Origin: an uncultured Acidobacteriota bacterium
Lineage (GTDB): Bacteria; Acidobacteriota; Terriglobia; Terriglobales; Acidobacteriaceae
Reading direction: 5' to 3'
Length of the DNA: 64,000 bases
NCBI GenBank assembly: GCA_963735205.1
Contig: CAVTKB010000009.1
Location: 488,942-552,941 of the forward strand
Positions 33,948-43,944 of this stretch are shown here, one piece after another. A program made the translations under genes and the position numbers. A model generated the notes under the pieces. It ran no database searches, was not told where the DNA came from, and saw nothing but the letters and a program-made list of their open reading frames with translations. Every line of letters starts with the position of its first letter. The stretch's first letter is position 1.

Positions 33948-36164
33948 ATGCCCACGAAAAGAATTGCACGGCTCTTATCAGCTTGCCTGCTCGCCGTCTC
34001 GGCCTTCGCGCAGACTGCATCCGTCCCCAAACCGCCCGATACACCCAAGCGACCCGTCTCGGACGAATACTTTGGCGTCACCGTCACTGACGATTACCGC
34101 TGGCTCGAAAATTGGGACGATCCCACCGTCAAGCAGTGGACCGCCGCCCAGAACGCACGCACTCGCGAATATCTCGATCACCTGCCGGCCCGCGCCGCCA
34201 TCAAAGCTCGCCTGAAGCAGCTCGTCGGCGGAGGCTCGGCTTCGTATTTCAATCTGCAGTTCCGCGCCGGAATGCTGTTCGCCGAGAAATACCAGCCGCC
34301 TCAGCAGCAGCCCACGCTGGTTGTCTTGCGCTCGGCCGATGATCCCGCCAGCGCTCGCGTCATCTTCGATCCTAACGCGGCCAGCGCCAAGGGCTCGCTC
34401 GCCATGGATTACTACGTGCCTTCGTTCGGCGGGAAGTACGTCGCTGCGGCGCTCTCGGAAAACGGTTCGGAAGATGCCTCGGCGCACATTTTCGAAGTGG
34501 CCACGGGCAAGGAACTTGCCGACGTCGTTCCTCGGGTAAATTTCGCAACTGCCGGCGGCAGCATCGCGTGGAAGGCCGACAGCTCCGGCTTCTACTACAC
34601 GCGCTATCCCCAGGGCGACGAGCGGCCGGCCGAGGATGCCAACTTCTATCAGCAGGTTTACTTTCACAAACTCGGCACTGACCCGAAGCAGGACGCCTAC
34701 GTCATCGGCAAAGATTTTCCGCGCATCGCCGAGATTCAGCTCCACACCAGCGACGACGGAAACTGGCTACTCGCTTCGGTCGGCAACGGCGATGGTGGCC
34801 AGTTCGCGCACTACCTGATGGACACCGACGGCAAGTGGACCCAGATCACGCACTTCGAAGACGGAATCGTCTCAGTGAAATTTGGCGTGGACCCGGCGCT
34901 CTACCTGCTCTCGCGCAAAGACGCGCCGCGCGGCCAGATCTTTCGGCACACGCTCGGTCACCTGATGCAGGAGACGCTGGTGGTTCCGCAGACGCCCGGT
35001 GGCGCTGCAGAAAACGATCGCGCCTCCATCGAGGATTTCGTGCCGGCCTTGGATCGCGTCTACGTGACCGACATCATCGGCGGGCCTTCGCGCGTGCGCA
35101 TCTTTGGGCGGAAAGCCTCTCAGGGCAGCGGCCAGCGCGGCGCACCGCCCGTCTTCGAGCCCATGGGAGAAATCCCGTTGCCCGCCATCTCTTCAGTCGG
35201 GCAAATCGTCCCAATCGGCGGCGGTGATGTGTTGTTCCTCACTTCGCCTTATCTGAGTCCACCGGCTTGGTCTCGTTACGATGCCGCCGTGGGAAAAGCC
35301 TTTCCAACCGCACTCGTCCAGACTTCGCCCATTCATTTCGACGACGCCGAAGTGGTTCGGGACTTTGCCATTTCTAAAGACGGCACCCGCGTTCCCGTAA
35401 ACATCATCCGCCGCAAAGGCACCAAGCTCGACGGCACCAACCCGACTCTGCTCTACGGCTACGGCGGTTATGGCATCAGCGAGGAGCCGTATTTTCTTGG
35501 CGCTTCCGCGCGCCTCTGGCTCGATCAAGGCGGCGTTTACGTCGACGCCAACCTGCGCGGCGGCGCCGAATACGGCGAAGAGTGGCACCTGGCGGGCAAC
35601 CTGACGCGCAAGCAAAATGTCTTCGACGACTTCCTGGCCTGCGCGCAATATCTGATCGACCAGAAATATACATCGCCGGCGCATCTGGCGATCCTCGGCG
35701 GCAGCAACGGAGGCCTGCTGATGGGCGCAGCCTTTACCCAGCGTCCTGACCTGTTCCGCGCCGTCGTCTCCGAGGTCGGCATCTACGACATGCTGCGCGT
35801 CGAGCTCGACCCCAACGGCGCGTTCAACGTGACCGAATTCGGTACGGTCAAAGATGCCGATCAGTTCAAGGCACTCTACGCTTACTCGCCCTATCATCAC
35901 GTGAAAGACGGCACGGCGTATCCCGCGATTTACATGCCGACGGGCGAAAACGATCACCGCGTCAATCCGATGGAATCGCGAAAGATGATCGCACGCCTGC
36001 AGGCCGCCGACAGTTCCGGCCATCCCGTCCTGTTGCGCACATCGTCAGCCGCGGGACACGGGCTGATCGGCGCCTCGGTCGATGAAGCCGTCGAACAGGG
36101 CGCCGACGTCTACAGCTTTTTATTCGACCAGCTGGGAATTCAGTACGCCGCACCGGCGAACTGA
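33948..36164 (+). CDS. prolyl oligopeptidase family serine peptidase (S9A), secreted
   Basis: Signal peptide 'MPTKRIARLLSACLLAVSAFA', N-terminal propeller region 'DDYRWLE', catalytic 'GGSNGGLLMG'. Confidence 0.85.
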   Translation: MPTKRIARLLSACLLAVSAFAQTASVPKPPDTPKRPVSDEYFGVTVTDDYRWLENWDDPTVKQWTAAQNARTREYLDHLPARAAIKARLKQLVGGGSASYFNLQFRAGMLFAEKYQPPQQQPTLVVLRSADDPASARVIFDPNAASAKGSLAMDYYVPSFGGKYVAAALSENGSEDASAHIFEVATGKELADVVPRVNFATAGGSIAWKADSSGFYYTRYPQGDERPAEDANFYQQVYFHKLGTDPKQDAYVIGKDFPRIAEIQLHTSDDGNWLLASVGNGDGGQFAHYLMDTDGKWTQITHFEDGIVSVKFGVDPALYLLSRKDAPRGQIFRHTLGHLMQETLVVPQTPGGAAENDRASIEDFVPALDRVYVTDIIGGPSRVRIFGRKASQGSGQRGAPPVFEPMGEIPLPAISSVGQIVPIGGGDVLFLTSPYLSPPAWSRYDAAVGKAFPTALVQTSPIHFDDAEVVRDFAISKDGTRVPVNIIRRKGTKLDGTNPTLLYGYGGYGISEEPYFLGASARLWLDQGGVYVDANLRGGAEYGEEWHLAGNLTRKQNVFDDFLACAQYLIDQKYTSPAHLAILGGSNGGLLMGAAFTQRPDLFRAVVSEVGIYDMLRVELDPNGAFNVTEFGTVKDADQFKALYAYSPYHHVKDGTAYPAIYMPTGENDHRVNPMESRKMIARLQAADSSGHPVLLRTSSAAGHGLIGASVDEAVEQGADVYSFLFDQLGIQYAAPAN

Positions 36165-36186
36165 GGCCGGAACGGAGCCACGCATT

Positions 36187-39100
36187 CTATTGTTGGCCGG
36201 TGTTTCGCCGTACCTGCGCCTGGTTCGGTGGTATGAGCACGGCCATGCATCCTGAGATGGGGAAACAACTTAGTTGAGCGCGGCGGACGAGCCTGGCTTG
36301 GCTGCCTTCGGGGAACTCCACTTGATAGTGCGCCGCCTTGATCTTTTCGGTGAGCGCTTTTAGTGATTGTTCTCCGCTCACGTAGATCACGGACTCAATT
36401 TTTCCAGGCGCGAACACGATTGTGAATCCGGCCGAGCCGGTAAGATCGGGGAACTTGCCAAATTTTGCGGTGCGAATCAGGCTGAGTTGCTCGGCAGAGG
36501 TCTTCGTCCACTCGCCGTTGGGCAGACGTATGCTCTCATTCATCACTGGCTTCTTCCCGGTCAGTTTTTTGTACCGAGCTGCAATCTTGGTAGCCAGCGC
36601 CTGTTGCTCGAGCATCGCAGGCGAAGCGAGCGGCATGCCTGGGTACAAGGGCGGTGTTGCCGACAGGCCATAGAGCGGCGTCCCAGCTGCAGCCAGCGCT
36701 AGTTCATAGGCGTATGCAGCTTCTCTGTTCTTGCTCTCCTTCTCGTAGATTTCGCCGAGGTGCTCCCCAACAATGGGATCCTGACCCAGCAGCCACGCGG
36801 CGCGCACGAAACTCTCGGAGCGGCCGGTATCTCCGCTCTGAAAGTACACCCAACCCATCGTGTCCCACAGCAAGGCGAACTGATAGGTATCAGTAGCGCC
36901 CTGAGTGACGTTTTCGACATCGTCGATCGATTTCTTGTCGAGCTGCGCGAGGGCGCCCTCCCCGTATTGGCGTGCCAATTCCAGCTTCGTGTTGTTCTCG
37001 GCCAAAGTGTAAGCTACGTTGTTCATCACCATGGAGTCGTGCTTGGCTTCGGCTGCGGCGCGAAGGTGTTCGACTCCTTTGTCCGGTTGCCCACCCTTCA
37101 GGTACGCCGATCCCAGGGAAAACTGCAGATCTGTGTTGTCCGGCGAGGACTTCACCGCCGGCTCCAACTCCTCGGCAGCTTCCGAATATTTTCCTTGCTG
37201 ACTCAGCAACTGGCCAAGACTTAGAGGCGCGAGAGTATTCTGAGGATTGGCTTTCAACAATCGGCGCCATTCGCCGATCGCATCATCGGTTCGACCACTG
37301 CGAGTCAGATAAAATGCCGCAACCTGATAAGCTCGCAAATCGGTAGGAGTCAGATCCTGTTCCTTGTGACACTCGACGAGAGCAGCATCGGCCTTGCCTT
37401 CCGTGAACAGGACGATGCCCAGGTTCAGGTGCACCGCCGGATAGTTCGGCTGGCTCGCGATCACCTTCTGGAATATCTTTTCAGCCTGGCTGTACTCGTG
37501 AAACTGCATCGCGTCTGTTCCGGTGCGAAATGTGCTGTCGATATCGTGGGCGCCCGTGGCCTCTTCGAACGTCTCGCCGGCACCCTCCAGGCGGATGAAG
37601 TTGAACTCATCATCTCCGATGGCCCTGCCGAACTTGCGAAAATCATCCCAATCGTTCAGCGCGACCTCGTTTTTCTTGACCCGGAAGCGGCGCGTAGTCG
37701 TCAGCACGCCGTTTTCGACAGCATTCTCGGTGTGATACTCCGCATAAGGCTCGACCAGATTGACTGGGCTGGGAGCGTCCATCGAGTAGCCCGAGGGGAG
37801 TTCGATGCGCGCCCGGTAAACGATCGTCCCCAGCGCCCCGAGCGAAACTGGTTCCTGGGGCTTTTTGTCGCGCGAATCTTTTGTGACTTCTACGCCCATG
37901 GGCGGAAGCGGGAGAACAATCTGGTGATGCTCCCAGTCGGCATAATTCTTTCGCACGTAGTCGTAGGAGATTTCAAGCGGATTATCCAAATCATCTGGCG
38001 GGCTGACGGTGACGTTGCTGACATCGCCGCCGAAGTTGAGCCCGTAGGAAAAGCGCTGCACGAAATCTTTCCACTGCGATTGCGAAATCTGGCGGACTGC
38101 CATCCGCAGGAACACTTCGCTGTCTCCCCGATAAGACTGCTCCGCGTGTCCGCTGAAAGTTCCGTCGGCGGACAGCTTTCCTTTCATGGAGAATTCCTGC
38201 TCGGTGGGAAACGGCGGGTTCGCTGGCGTCGTCATCAGCAGTGGAGGCTTGTCGGAGGGAATCACGAGCGCTTGCTTGTCGCGCAATGTGGCCATCAACA
38301 ACTGGTAGGGCGCGACTTCCGGCGTGGTATCGACCCAAATAAATTTGCCCCCGCTTGGAATCACCGTGATCACATGGTTGAACTGGGCGGGCGAAGGTAC
38401 ATCCGGATCGAGCTTGCGCGTGCCGTGGATCAGCGCGGGCCAGGCCTCAATTCCTACGGCCTTCAGCAACGACGCCAGCAGCGTGTGCTTGTCTTTGCAA
38501 TCGCCGTAGCCGTTGCCCAGCACGTCGTCGGCCGGGTGCGGTTGGTAGCGGCCAATGCCGAAATCCAGCCCGATGTAATGAAATTTCAGGGCAACAAAGT
38601 TGTAGAGGGCATGAATCTTCTCATCGTCAGTCTTCAGCCCTTTGGTTAGCTCGGCAGCCTTCGCCTGAATCGCCGGGGTTACTTCGAGCGGATCTTTCTG
38701 CAGGCCGCCGTACCATCTTCCGATGTCTTCCCAACTGGCGAAGGTCGTGATTTGTACCGAGGGGTTCGGCGGGATGCGTCGCGGAATTTCGTTCGGATCT
38801 TTCTCTTTGACCTCCAGGTTTGAATGCGTCCATGTGTAGATGCGGCGCGGGCCTGCGTCTTTGATCACCGGCTTGAAATCTGGACTGACGACTTTGAGGT
38901 ACTTGTCGGCCGGAACATTGAGTTCAAGAGTCTGGTCCTTGACGATGGCGTCTTTGATGAACGAGTCTTCGTACCAGAAGTTGCCAGGGATGTCAGGTTT
39001 CAGCACGCGGTAACGAACCAGGTATTCCAGCACATCGCCGACGCTCAGCCCCTTGACCGCGATGTGCTTCTCATGAATGTCGCTGTACATGGGGGCAGTG

Positions 39101-39525
39101 CGGCTTACCTCGGCCGGCATATCCTGGATGTTGTAGTCGGGGGTTTTGACGACGGTGCCGTCGGGCTTGCGCACGCGCACGTAGTCGACGTCCACGGTTT
39201 CATTAGCGCTGGTGTAGGTGAAGTTGAGGACGGCGAACACTTTCACGCCGGCTTCCGCGACCATTCTGATTTCCGCCGTGTGCTCACGCGTGCCGGTGCC
39301 GTCGGCTTCTTCGGTGAGCAGCGTATGCATCTTCTCGACGACATACGCTTCTCTGGAAAAGTCGGGCGCGGCTGAGGCTGGCTTCTGGCCGGAGTTTTCG
39401 GCTGTCTTGTCCGTCGTGTTATCGGTCGTCTTCTCTTCGCTGGGCTTATTCTGGGCGAGAACCGGAGAGACCGCGATCGCGGCAAGGACGACAAACAGAA
39501 CGGCTAACGCGGTTTTCGAGGACAT
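36187..39525 (-). CDS. DUF3857 / transglutaminase-like / TPR multidomain protein
   Basis: 1112 aa with a signal peptide. Transglutaminase core 'GYGDCKDKHTLLASLLKAVGIEAW' and C-terminal TPR-like repeats. Confidence 0.75.
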   Translation of the reverse strand: MSSKTALAVLFVVLAAIAVSPVLAQNKPSEEKTTDNTTDKTAENSGQKPASAAPDFSREAYVVEKMHTLLTEEADGTGTREHTAEIRMVAEAGVKVFAVLNFTYTSANETVDVDYVRVRKPDGTVVKTPDYNIQDMPAEVSRTAPMYSDIHEKHIAVKGLSVGDVLEYLVRYRVLKPDIPGNFWYEDSFIKDAIVKDQTLELNVPADKYLKVVSPDFKPVIKDAGPRRIYTWTHSNLEVKEKDPNEIPRRIPPNPSVQITTFASWEDIGRWYGGLQKDPLEVTPAIQAKAAELTKGLKTDDEKIHALYNFVALKFHYIGLDFGIGRYQPHPADDVLGNGYGDCKDKHTLLASLLKAVGIEAWPALIHGTRKLDPDVPSPAQFNHVITVIPSGGKFIWVDTTPEVAPYQLLMATLRDKQALVIPSDKPPLLMTTPANPPFPTEQEFSMKGKLSADGTFSGHAEQSYRGDSEVFLRMAVRQISQSQWKDFVQRFSYGLNFGGDVSNVTVSPPDDLDNPLEISYDYVRKNYADWEHHQIVLPLPPMGVEVTKDSRDKKPQEPVSLGALGTIVYRARIELPSGYSMDAPSPVNLVEPYAEYHTENAVENGVLTTTRRFRVKKNEVALNDWDDFRKFGRAIGDDEFNFIRLEGAGETFEEATGAHDIDSTFRTGTDAMQFHEYSQAEKIFQKVIASQPNYPAVHLNLGIVLFTEGKADAALVECHKEQDLTPTDLRAYQVAAFYLTRSGRTDDAIGEWRRLLKANPQNTLAPLSLGQLLSQQGKYSEAAEELEPAVKSSPDNTDLQFSLGSAYLKGGQPDKGVEHLRAAAEAKHDSMVMNNVAYTLAENNTKLELARQYGEGALAQLDKKSIDDVENVTQGATDTYQFALLWDTMGWVYFQSGDTGRSESFVRAAWLLGQDPIVGEHLGEIYEKESKNREAAYAYELALAAAGTPLYGLSATPPLYPGMPLASPAMLEQQALATKIAARYKKLTGKKPVMNESIRLPNGEWTKTSAEQLSLIRTAKFGKFPDLTGSAGFTIVFAPGKIESVIYVSGEQSLKALTEKIKAAHYQVEFPEGSQARLVRRAQLSCFPISGCMAVLIPPNQAQVRRNTGQQ

Positions 39526-39569
39526 ATGGTCGCACCACCTTCACGGCAGCGACAGCCACTTGCTTGGCG

Positions 39570-39869
39570 TTACTTTTTCGCCGCGACTGCGCCCAGGCAC
39601 TTGCCGTACAACTCGAGCAAGTGAGTGGCGTAATCTTCCGGCTTGGCGGCCGAGCCCGTGCCTTGAAATCCCACGCCCGACGAGGCGGTTCGGCCGTATC
39701 CCGTGGTCATGGCAATGAACTTCATTAGATCGAGTGCGATATCTTCGTTGCGGCGCCCTGCGCCCGGGCCCGCGTGCGAACCTTCTTCCATGAGTCCTTC
39801 TCCTGTTCCCCTGGCGGAAAGAATGGGTGGATCGTCGTCTTCGAAATCTTCGTCGTCGAGGAATGCCAT
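39570..39869 (-). CDS. hypothetical small protein (99 aa; acidic N-terminus)
   Basis: ATG 39869 has GGAG upstream. 'MAFLDDEDFEDDDPPIL...DLMKFIAMTTGYG...EDYATHLLELYGKCL'. The longer GTG start at 39917 is possible. Confidence 0.45.
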   Translation of the reverse strand: MAFLDDEDFEDDDPPILSARGTGEGLMEEGSHAGPGAGRRNEDIALDLMKFIAMTTGYGRTASSGVGFQGTGSAAKPEDYATHLLELYGKCLGAVAAKK

Positions 39870-40034
39870 GTTGCGAAAATACTCCGCCAGCGATGATAGC
39901 AGGGACGGACCTCGCACGTCAGACCTCGGACTGCCGCGATGGAGGCTGGACTAACTGATCACATGTGGACACTCGTCGAATTAATTGGTTTACTGGACAC
40001 GCCCGAATCAACAGCAGCCTAACGGGAGGAATGC

Positions 40035-40343
40035 ATGTCTAGAGTCCTGCTTGGCATCATCTGCGGTTTGGTATTCGGTGCTGTCGATATCGGCATCATG
40101 CTGCCGATGAGCTTCCCCGACAAAAAAGCGGCAATCACAGCGGCTTTCATTGCGCGGTTTGGAATCGGGTTCGTGATAGGCGCTGCCCGGTTGCCGTGGC
40201 CGGGGTGGGCGGTTGGGCTATGCTTCGGCTTGCTCCTGAGCATTCCCGACGCGCTCATCACAAAAGCCTATGGGCCAATCATCGGCATGGGCGCTATCGG
40301 CGGAACCGTTATCGGCGCCATTGTTAGCAAATTTGGCCACTAA
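40035..40343 (+). CDS. small membrane protein (102 aa, 3-4 TM, Gly-rich)
   Basis: GGGAGGA Shine-Dalgarno plus ATG. 'MSRVLLGIICGLVFGAVDIGIML...'. Confidence 0.65.
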   Translation: MSRVLLGIICGLVFGAVDIGIMLPMSFPDKKAAITAAFIARFGIGFVIGAARLPWPGWAVGLCFGLLLSIPDALITKAYGPIIGMGAIGGTVIGAIVSKFGH

Positions 40344-40345
40344 AT

Positions 40346-40795
40346 TCAAAACAGCACGCTACCGACCTTTGGCCGGCTTGAGCTCAAGTTGCTAAGGTCT
40401 GAGGTCCGCTGACTCTTCACTTCGCTCATCAGGCCCAGCAAATTTCCTTCGCTGTCGTGAAAGAACGTCATCCACAAATCGTGGTCGGGCATTTTGGCGA
40501 TCAGGTGGGGATCGTCTTCGAAGTGCACGCCTTTCGTCTTCATGGCGGCGTGCGCGGCCTGAATGTCGGCAACGGCGAAGTAAAGGACAGAACTGGGATG
40601 ATCGAACTCGGGCTTCTCCGGCCGAGTCAGCATCAGACGTACTCCGCCGCAGTCGAAAAACGCGAGGCCCGGCGGGGCCTTGAACAGCAGCTTTAACTGC
40701 AGCACGTTCTGATAAAACGCGGCGGCACGATCCACATCGTGTGCGTGGATGGCGATCTGCCCGATTCGCGAAATTCCGGTTCCCGCTTCGCTCAT
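40346..40795 (-). CDS. VOC/glyoxalase-bleomycin-resistance family protein
   Basis: 'IGQIAIHAHDVDRAAAFYQNVLQLKLLF...LMLT...VLYFAVADIQAAHAAMKTKGVHFE...FFHDSEGNLLGLM'. Confidence 0.75.
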   Translation of the reverse strand: MSEAGTGISRIGQIAIHAHDVDRAAAFYQNVLQLKLLFKAPPGLAFFDCGGVRLMLTRPEKPEFDHPSSVLYFAVADIQAAHAAMKTKGVHFEDDPHLIAKMPDHDLWMTFFHDSEGNLLGLMSEVKSQRTSDLSNLSSSRPKVGSVLF

Positions 40796-41086
40796 AGTCG
40801 GCCTTCCTCTTTCTGCGCTCCTAGTCTCGACCGGGATCATATCCCGCGAGGTATTGGAATGCTGTGGAAATCATCGAAACGCCGCGTGAATGCTGGTGTG
40901 AATTTCGATTGGGAGGTAATCGGGGCGAGGGTACTATGGTCAGATGAAAATGCCCGCGCAACGCGGGATACTGAAGGGTCTTGGGGCCTGAGCGGAAGTG
41001 TGCTGTCCGCCGGTCGGCGGACTCGCCGAGTCACTCGCGATCCGGTTGCTCGTCTCGGGCGACGCAGTCCTGGAAAACTTTTCGTG

Positions 41087-42613
41087 ATGATGACAGAAAA
41101 TGCATTGCGGGGCACGCGCATCGTCGTGACCGTCGCTGGCCTGTTATGGCTGGCGCATGTTGGCGAGGTCGTGGTGCTCGGCACCAAAGCGCCGGGACCT
41201 TTCGTCTCAGACCTGATTCAGCTCGCGCTGGGCTCGGTGCTGATTTACGCGATCGCGTCGGCCAGTCTGCGCGCCGAGGGCATGGCGCTCTCTTTCTGGC
41301 GGTTGACGGCGTTGGCTTATTCGCTGTGGTTGATAGCGCAGATTCTCATCGTTTACAACGACCTGTCGCCGTCACTGGCCATCGGCTGGGTCACCAACCT
41401 TCTGTTCTCGTTCTGGTTTGTGCCGCTGGGCATGGCGATTTTTCTCGATCCGGACAAGGAAGCCGGAAGAGTCGACGCTCTGGTGGCACTCGACTTCGTG
41501 CAGGGTGTGCTGGTCTGCGTCGCGGCGTATCTGTATTTCTTTTACATTCCTAAGGCGGGCTCTCCGGGCGAACTGGCACACGAGGTGTGGACGCCCTACT
41601 TCATTGGCTATTCTTTTATGGCCGGTGCGTTCGTGCTGCGCGGCGCCGTCAGCCCGGTACGCGACGTCCGCGTATTGTTCGGGCGGATGGGAATCTTTCT
41701 CGTCTTTTCCGGTTGCGTGGATGCGCTCTACTACTACGGGCCGGGGCGCGGCCTGAACACCGGCGCGTGGTTCGACCTTTTCTGGAGCGGGCTTCTTGTA
41801 GTGCCCATAGTGATCGCCGCGACCTGGAGGCAGGCGGAGGCGCCGGAAAGTTCGTTCGAGCCGCCGCGGCGCGAGAAGCGCATCTACACCGAGATTTTCT
41901 TTCTGCTGTATCCGCTGCTGGTACTGTTCATGTCGCTGCGCATTGCGCGCGAGCGACTGGGACTGGCGGCAGTGGTGGTGAGCCTGTCGTTTGTGTGCTC
42001 AAGCGCGCGACTGCTGGTAACGCAGAACCGGCTGCAGTTGGCTAAGGAAGCGCTGCGCCGCGAAGCCTCTCGCGACGGCCTGACCAGCCTGTGGAACCGC
42101 AAGGCGATTCTCGCGATTCTGGAGCGCGACTTGCTGCGCGCAGAACGCGACCACGAACCCGTGGGCCTGATCATGATCGACGTGGATCATTTCAAGGCCA
42201 TTAATGACAGCCGCGGGCACGCCGCCGGAGACACCGTGCTGCGCATCATCGCCAGCAGCATTGCCGCGGTGGTGCGCCCCTACGATTCCGTGGGGCGCTG
42301 CGGTGGGGAAGAATTTCTGATAGTCGCTCCCGGTTGCGGACTGGCTGAGACCTGGGAACTGGCCGAGCGCGTACGCAGCCACGTTGCCGGCAGCAGCATC
42401 AAGGTCGGCGGAGCGAGCGTTCAGGTAAGCCTGAGCCTGGGTGTGGCCACGGGGCAGACTGCCGTGGAGATCGAAAAATTGCTGCGCGCGGCCGACGTTG
42501 CGCTCTATCAGGCCAAAAATGCCGGACGAAACCGCGTCGAGCCTGGCATGGAGAGATTTGCTAGCTCCGGCCAAACTCCTACGACCGCACCCAACCGCGA
42601 CTTCTGGCTATAA
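41087..42613 (+). CDS. membrane-bound diguanylate cyclase (GGDEF)
   Basis: About 8 TM N-terminal domain, then 'DGLTSLWNRKA...IMIDVDHFKAINDSRGHAAGD...GRCGGEEFLIVAP'. The start is uncertain; the ORF is open from 40739. Confidence 0.8.
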   Translation: MMTENALRGTRIVVTVAGLLWLAHVGEVVVLGTKAPGPFVSDLIQLALGSVLIYAIASASLRAEGMALSFWRLTALAYSLWLIAQILIVYNDLSPSLAIGWVTNLLFSFWFVPLGMAIFLDPDKEAGRVDALVALDFVQGVLVCVAAYLYFFYIPKAGSPGELAHEVWTPYFIGYSFMAGAFVLRGAVSPVRDVRVLFGRMGIFLVFSGCVDALYYYGPGRGLNTGAWFDLFWSGLLVVPIVIAATWRQAEAPESSFEPPRREKRIYTEIFFLLYPLLVLFMSLRIARERLGLAAVVVSLSFVCSSARLLVTQNRLQLAKEALRREASRDGLTSLWNRKAILAILERDLLRAERDHEPVGLIMIDVDHFKAINDSRGHAAGDTVLRIIASSIAAVVRPYDSVGRCGGEEFLIVAPGCGLAETWELAERVRSHVAGSSIKVGGASVQVSLSLGVATGQTAVEIEKLLRAADVALYQAKNAGRNRVEPGMERFASSGQTPTTAPNRDFWL

Positions 42614-42865
42614 ACCCGCAACTTACGGCAATCCCATCCAGGCGAGCCTCTGCGCCAAGCAATCCCTGCTTAAGGTATTTTTCAGGCAAGGCTGGGGTCT
42701 CGCGGGTAATGCGTCACCCCGGGCACTGTGGCAGGATGAGTGAGAAAACCTCGCGGCGGGTTCGGAATCTTTGGCCCGCGAAATGCTGGAGCAGGGCGGG
42801 GTTGCAGCGGAAATCGCTCTATGCGGTGGCCGCAAAGGGGGTTTGCCGACTGGCAAATTTCAGTT

Positions 42866-43681
42866 ATGGTGAAACGGATTACACTTTTCCGGATCATCTG
42901 CTTTTGCCTCTTAGCGGCATGCGCAGCGTCCAGCCAGAGCGAACCTGCTTTGCGGCAAGGGCTTCGCGGGCTGCAGTCCCGCAATATTGACAGGCAGCGC
43001 CAGGAGCGCGGGGCTCGGAAATTGTCTTCCGACGCCTCGCTGCCCGACGCTCCCATGCCCAGCACGCTCGAACCGGCGCAATTTCACTCGACGGACGCCC
43101 AGCCGCGATTCAGCGTGGGCGCAGGGAACACCGGTGCGCCTGGGCAGGGTGTGCTTCGGCAGACACAGGCGAGGGAATTAAGTCCCTTGTTCCCGCCCGC
43201 CGCCAGTCTCTTCTATGACGCGGACGAAAAGGCCCCCGCTCAAAAAAGTTCTGCCTTCTCTCTGAACAAATACCTTTACCCGGCTAAGCTGCCGCAAAGT
43301 TCGCGATACCAGGCTTCGTCGAGCGACGGCTTGGTCAGGAGAGCCTCAGAGGCGGCTTCGCGAATTTTTTGGACGCGGGACCTGTCCGGCACGCGCCGGC
43401 TCAACACTTCGTACTTTCTGCGGGTGGCGACTTTGATCGCCGCCGACACCGCCTCGCGCCCGTACTATCGGAGGCATTCCGGCACGGCGCCACTCAGCGA
43501 TTTCGGCTCGACGGTCGGCAACGACGCGGGCATGAACCTGTTCCACGAGTTTGAGCCAGACCTCGGGCAAGCGATGACCAGCCACATGCCGAAATTCATA
43601 GCGCGGATCGAACAGCGAATCCTTCAAGGTGTAAATCAGCAGAACCCGCGCTCGCGGGCCGTGAGCAGCCCCAGCCGATAA
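42866..43681 (+). CDS. hypothetical secreted protein (271 aa)
   Basis: Signal peptide 'MVKRITLFRIICFCLLAACAAS'. No recognised domain. Confidence 0.5.
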   Translation: MVKRITLFRIICFCLLAACAASSQSEPALRQGLRGLQSRNIDRQRQERGARKLSSDASLPDAPMPSTLEPAQFHSTDAQPRFSVGAGNTGAPGQGVLRQTQARELSPLFPPAASLFYDADEKAPAQKSSAFSLNKYLYPAKLPQSSRYQASSSDGLVRRASEAASRIFWTRDLSGTRRLNTSYFLRVATLIAADTASRPYYRRHSGTAPLSDFGSTVGNDAGMNLFHEFEPDLGQAMTSHMPKFIARIEQRILQGVNQQNPRSRAVSSPSR

Positions 43682-43847
43682 TTTCTCACCTCGTTTGCCC
43701 GTTTCTTCTTGTTCGGGTTTCGTAACAATTCCAGCCGTGTGGTTGATCTCGCATCGATCAGGGCTAAGATTCGCACGATTTTCTTCCCCCCATAACTCCT
43801 GTTCGCGAAGACATCTGCGTGGTGTGTTGTTTCGCGAGCGGCTGTAC

Positions 43848-43892
43848 CCTGTTTCGCTGGACCCTTTTTCGCCAGACCGTGTTTCGCCAGAC
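43848..43892 (+). repeat. three tandem 15-bp repeats (plus a fourth degenerate core at 43829) upstream of the peptidase gene
   Basis: 'cctGTTTCGCtggac' / 'ccttTTTCGCcagac' / 'cgtGTTTCGCcagac'. The array ends 52 nt before ATG 43945. Confidence 0.7.
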
Positions 43893-43944
43893 TCTGTATT
43901 CCAAATTGCGAAAATCTGAACTCTCGCCAAAGGAGATTCCCAAT

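Noticed and set aside
37366-38649. 427-aa + strand ORF
   Set aside because: Antisense to the transglutaminase/TPR gene, which has clear domain signatures.
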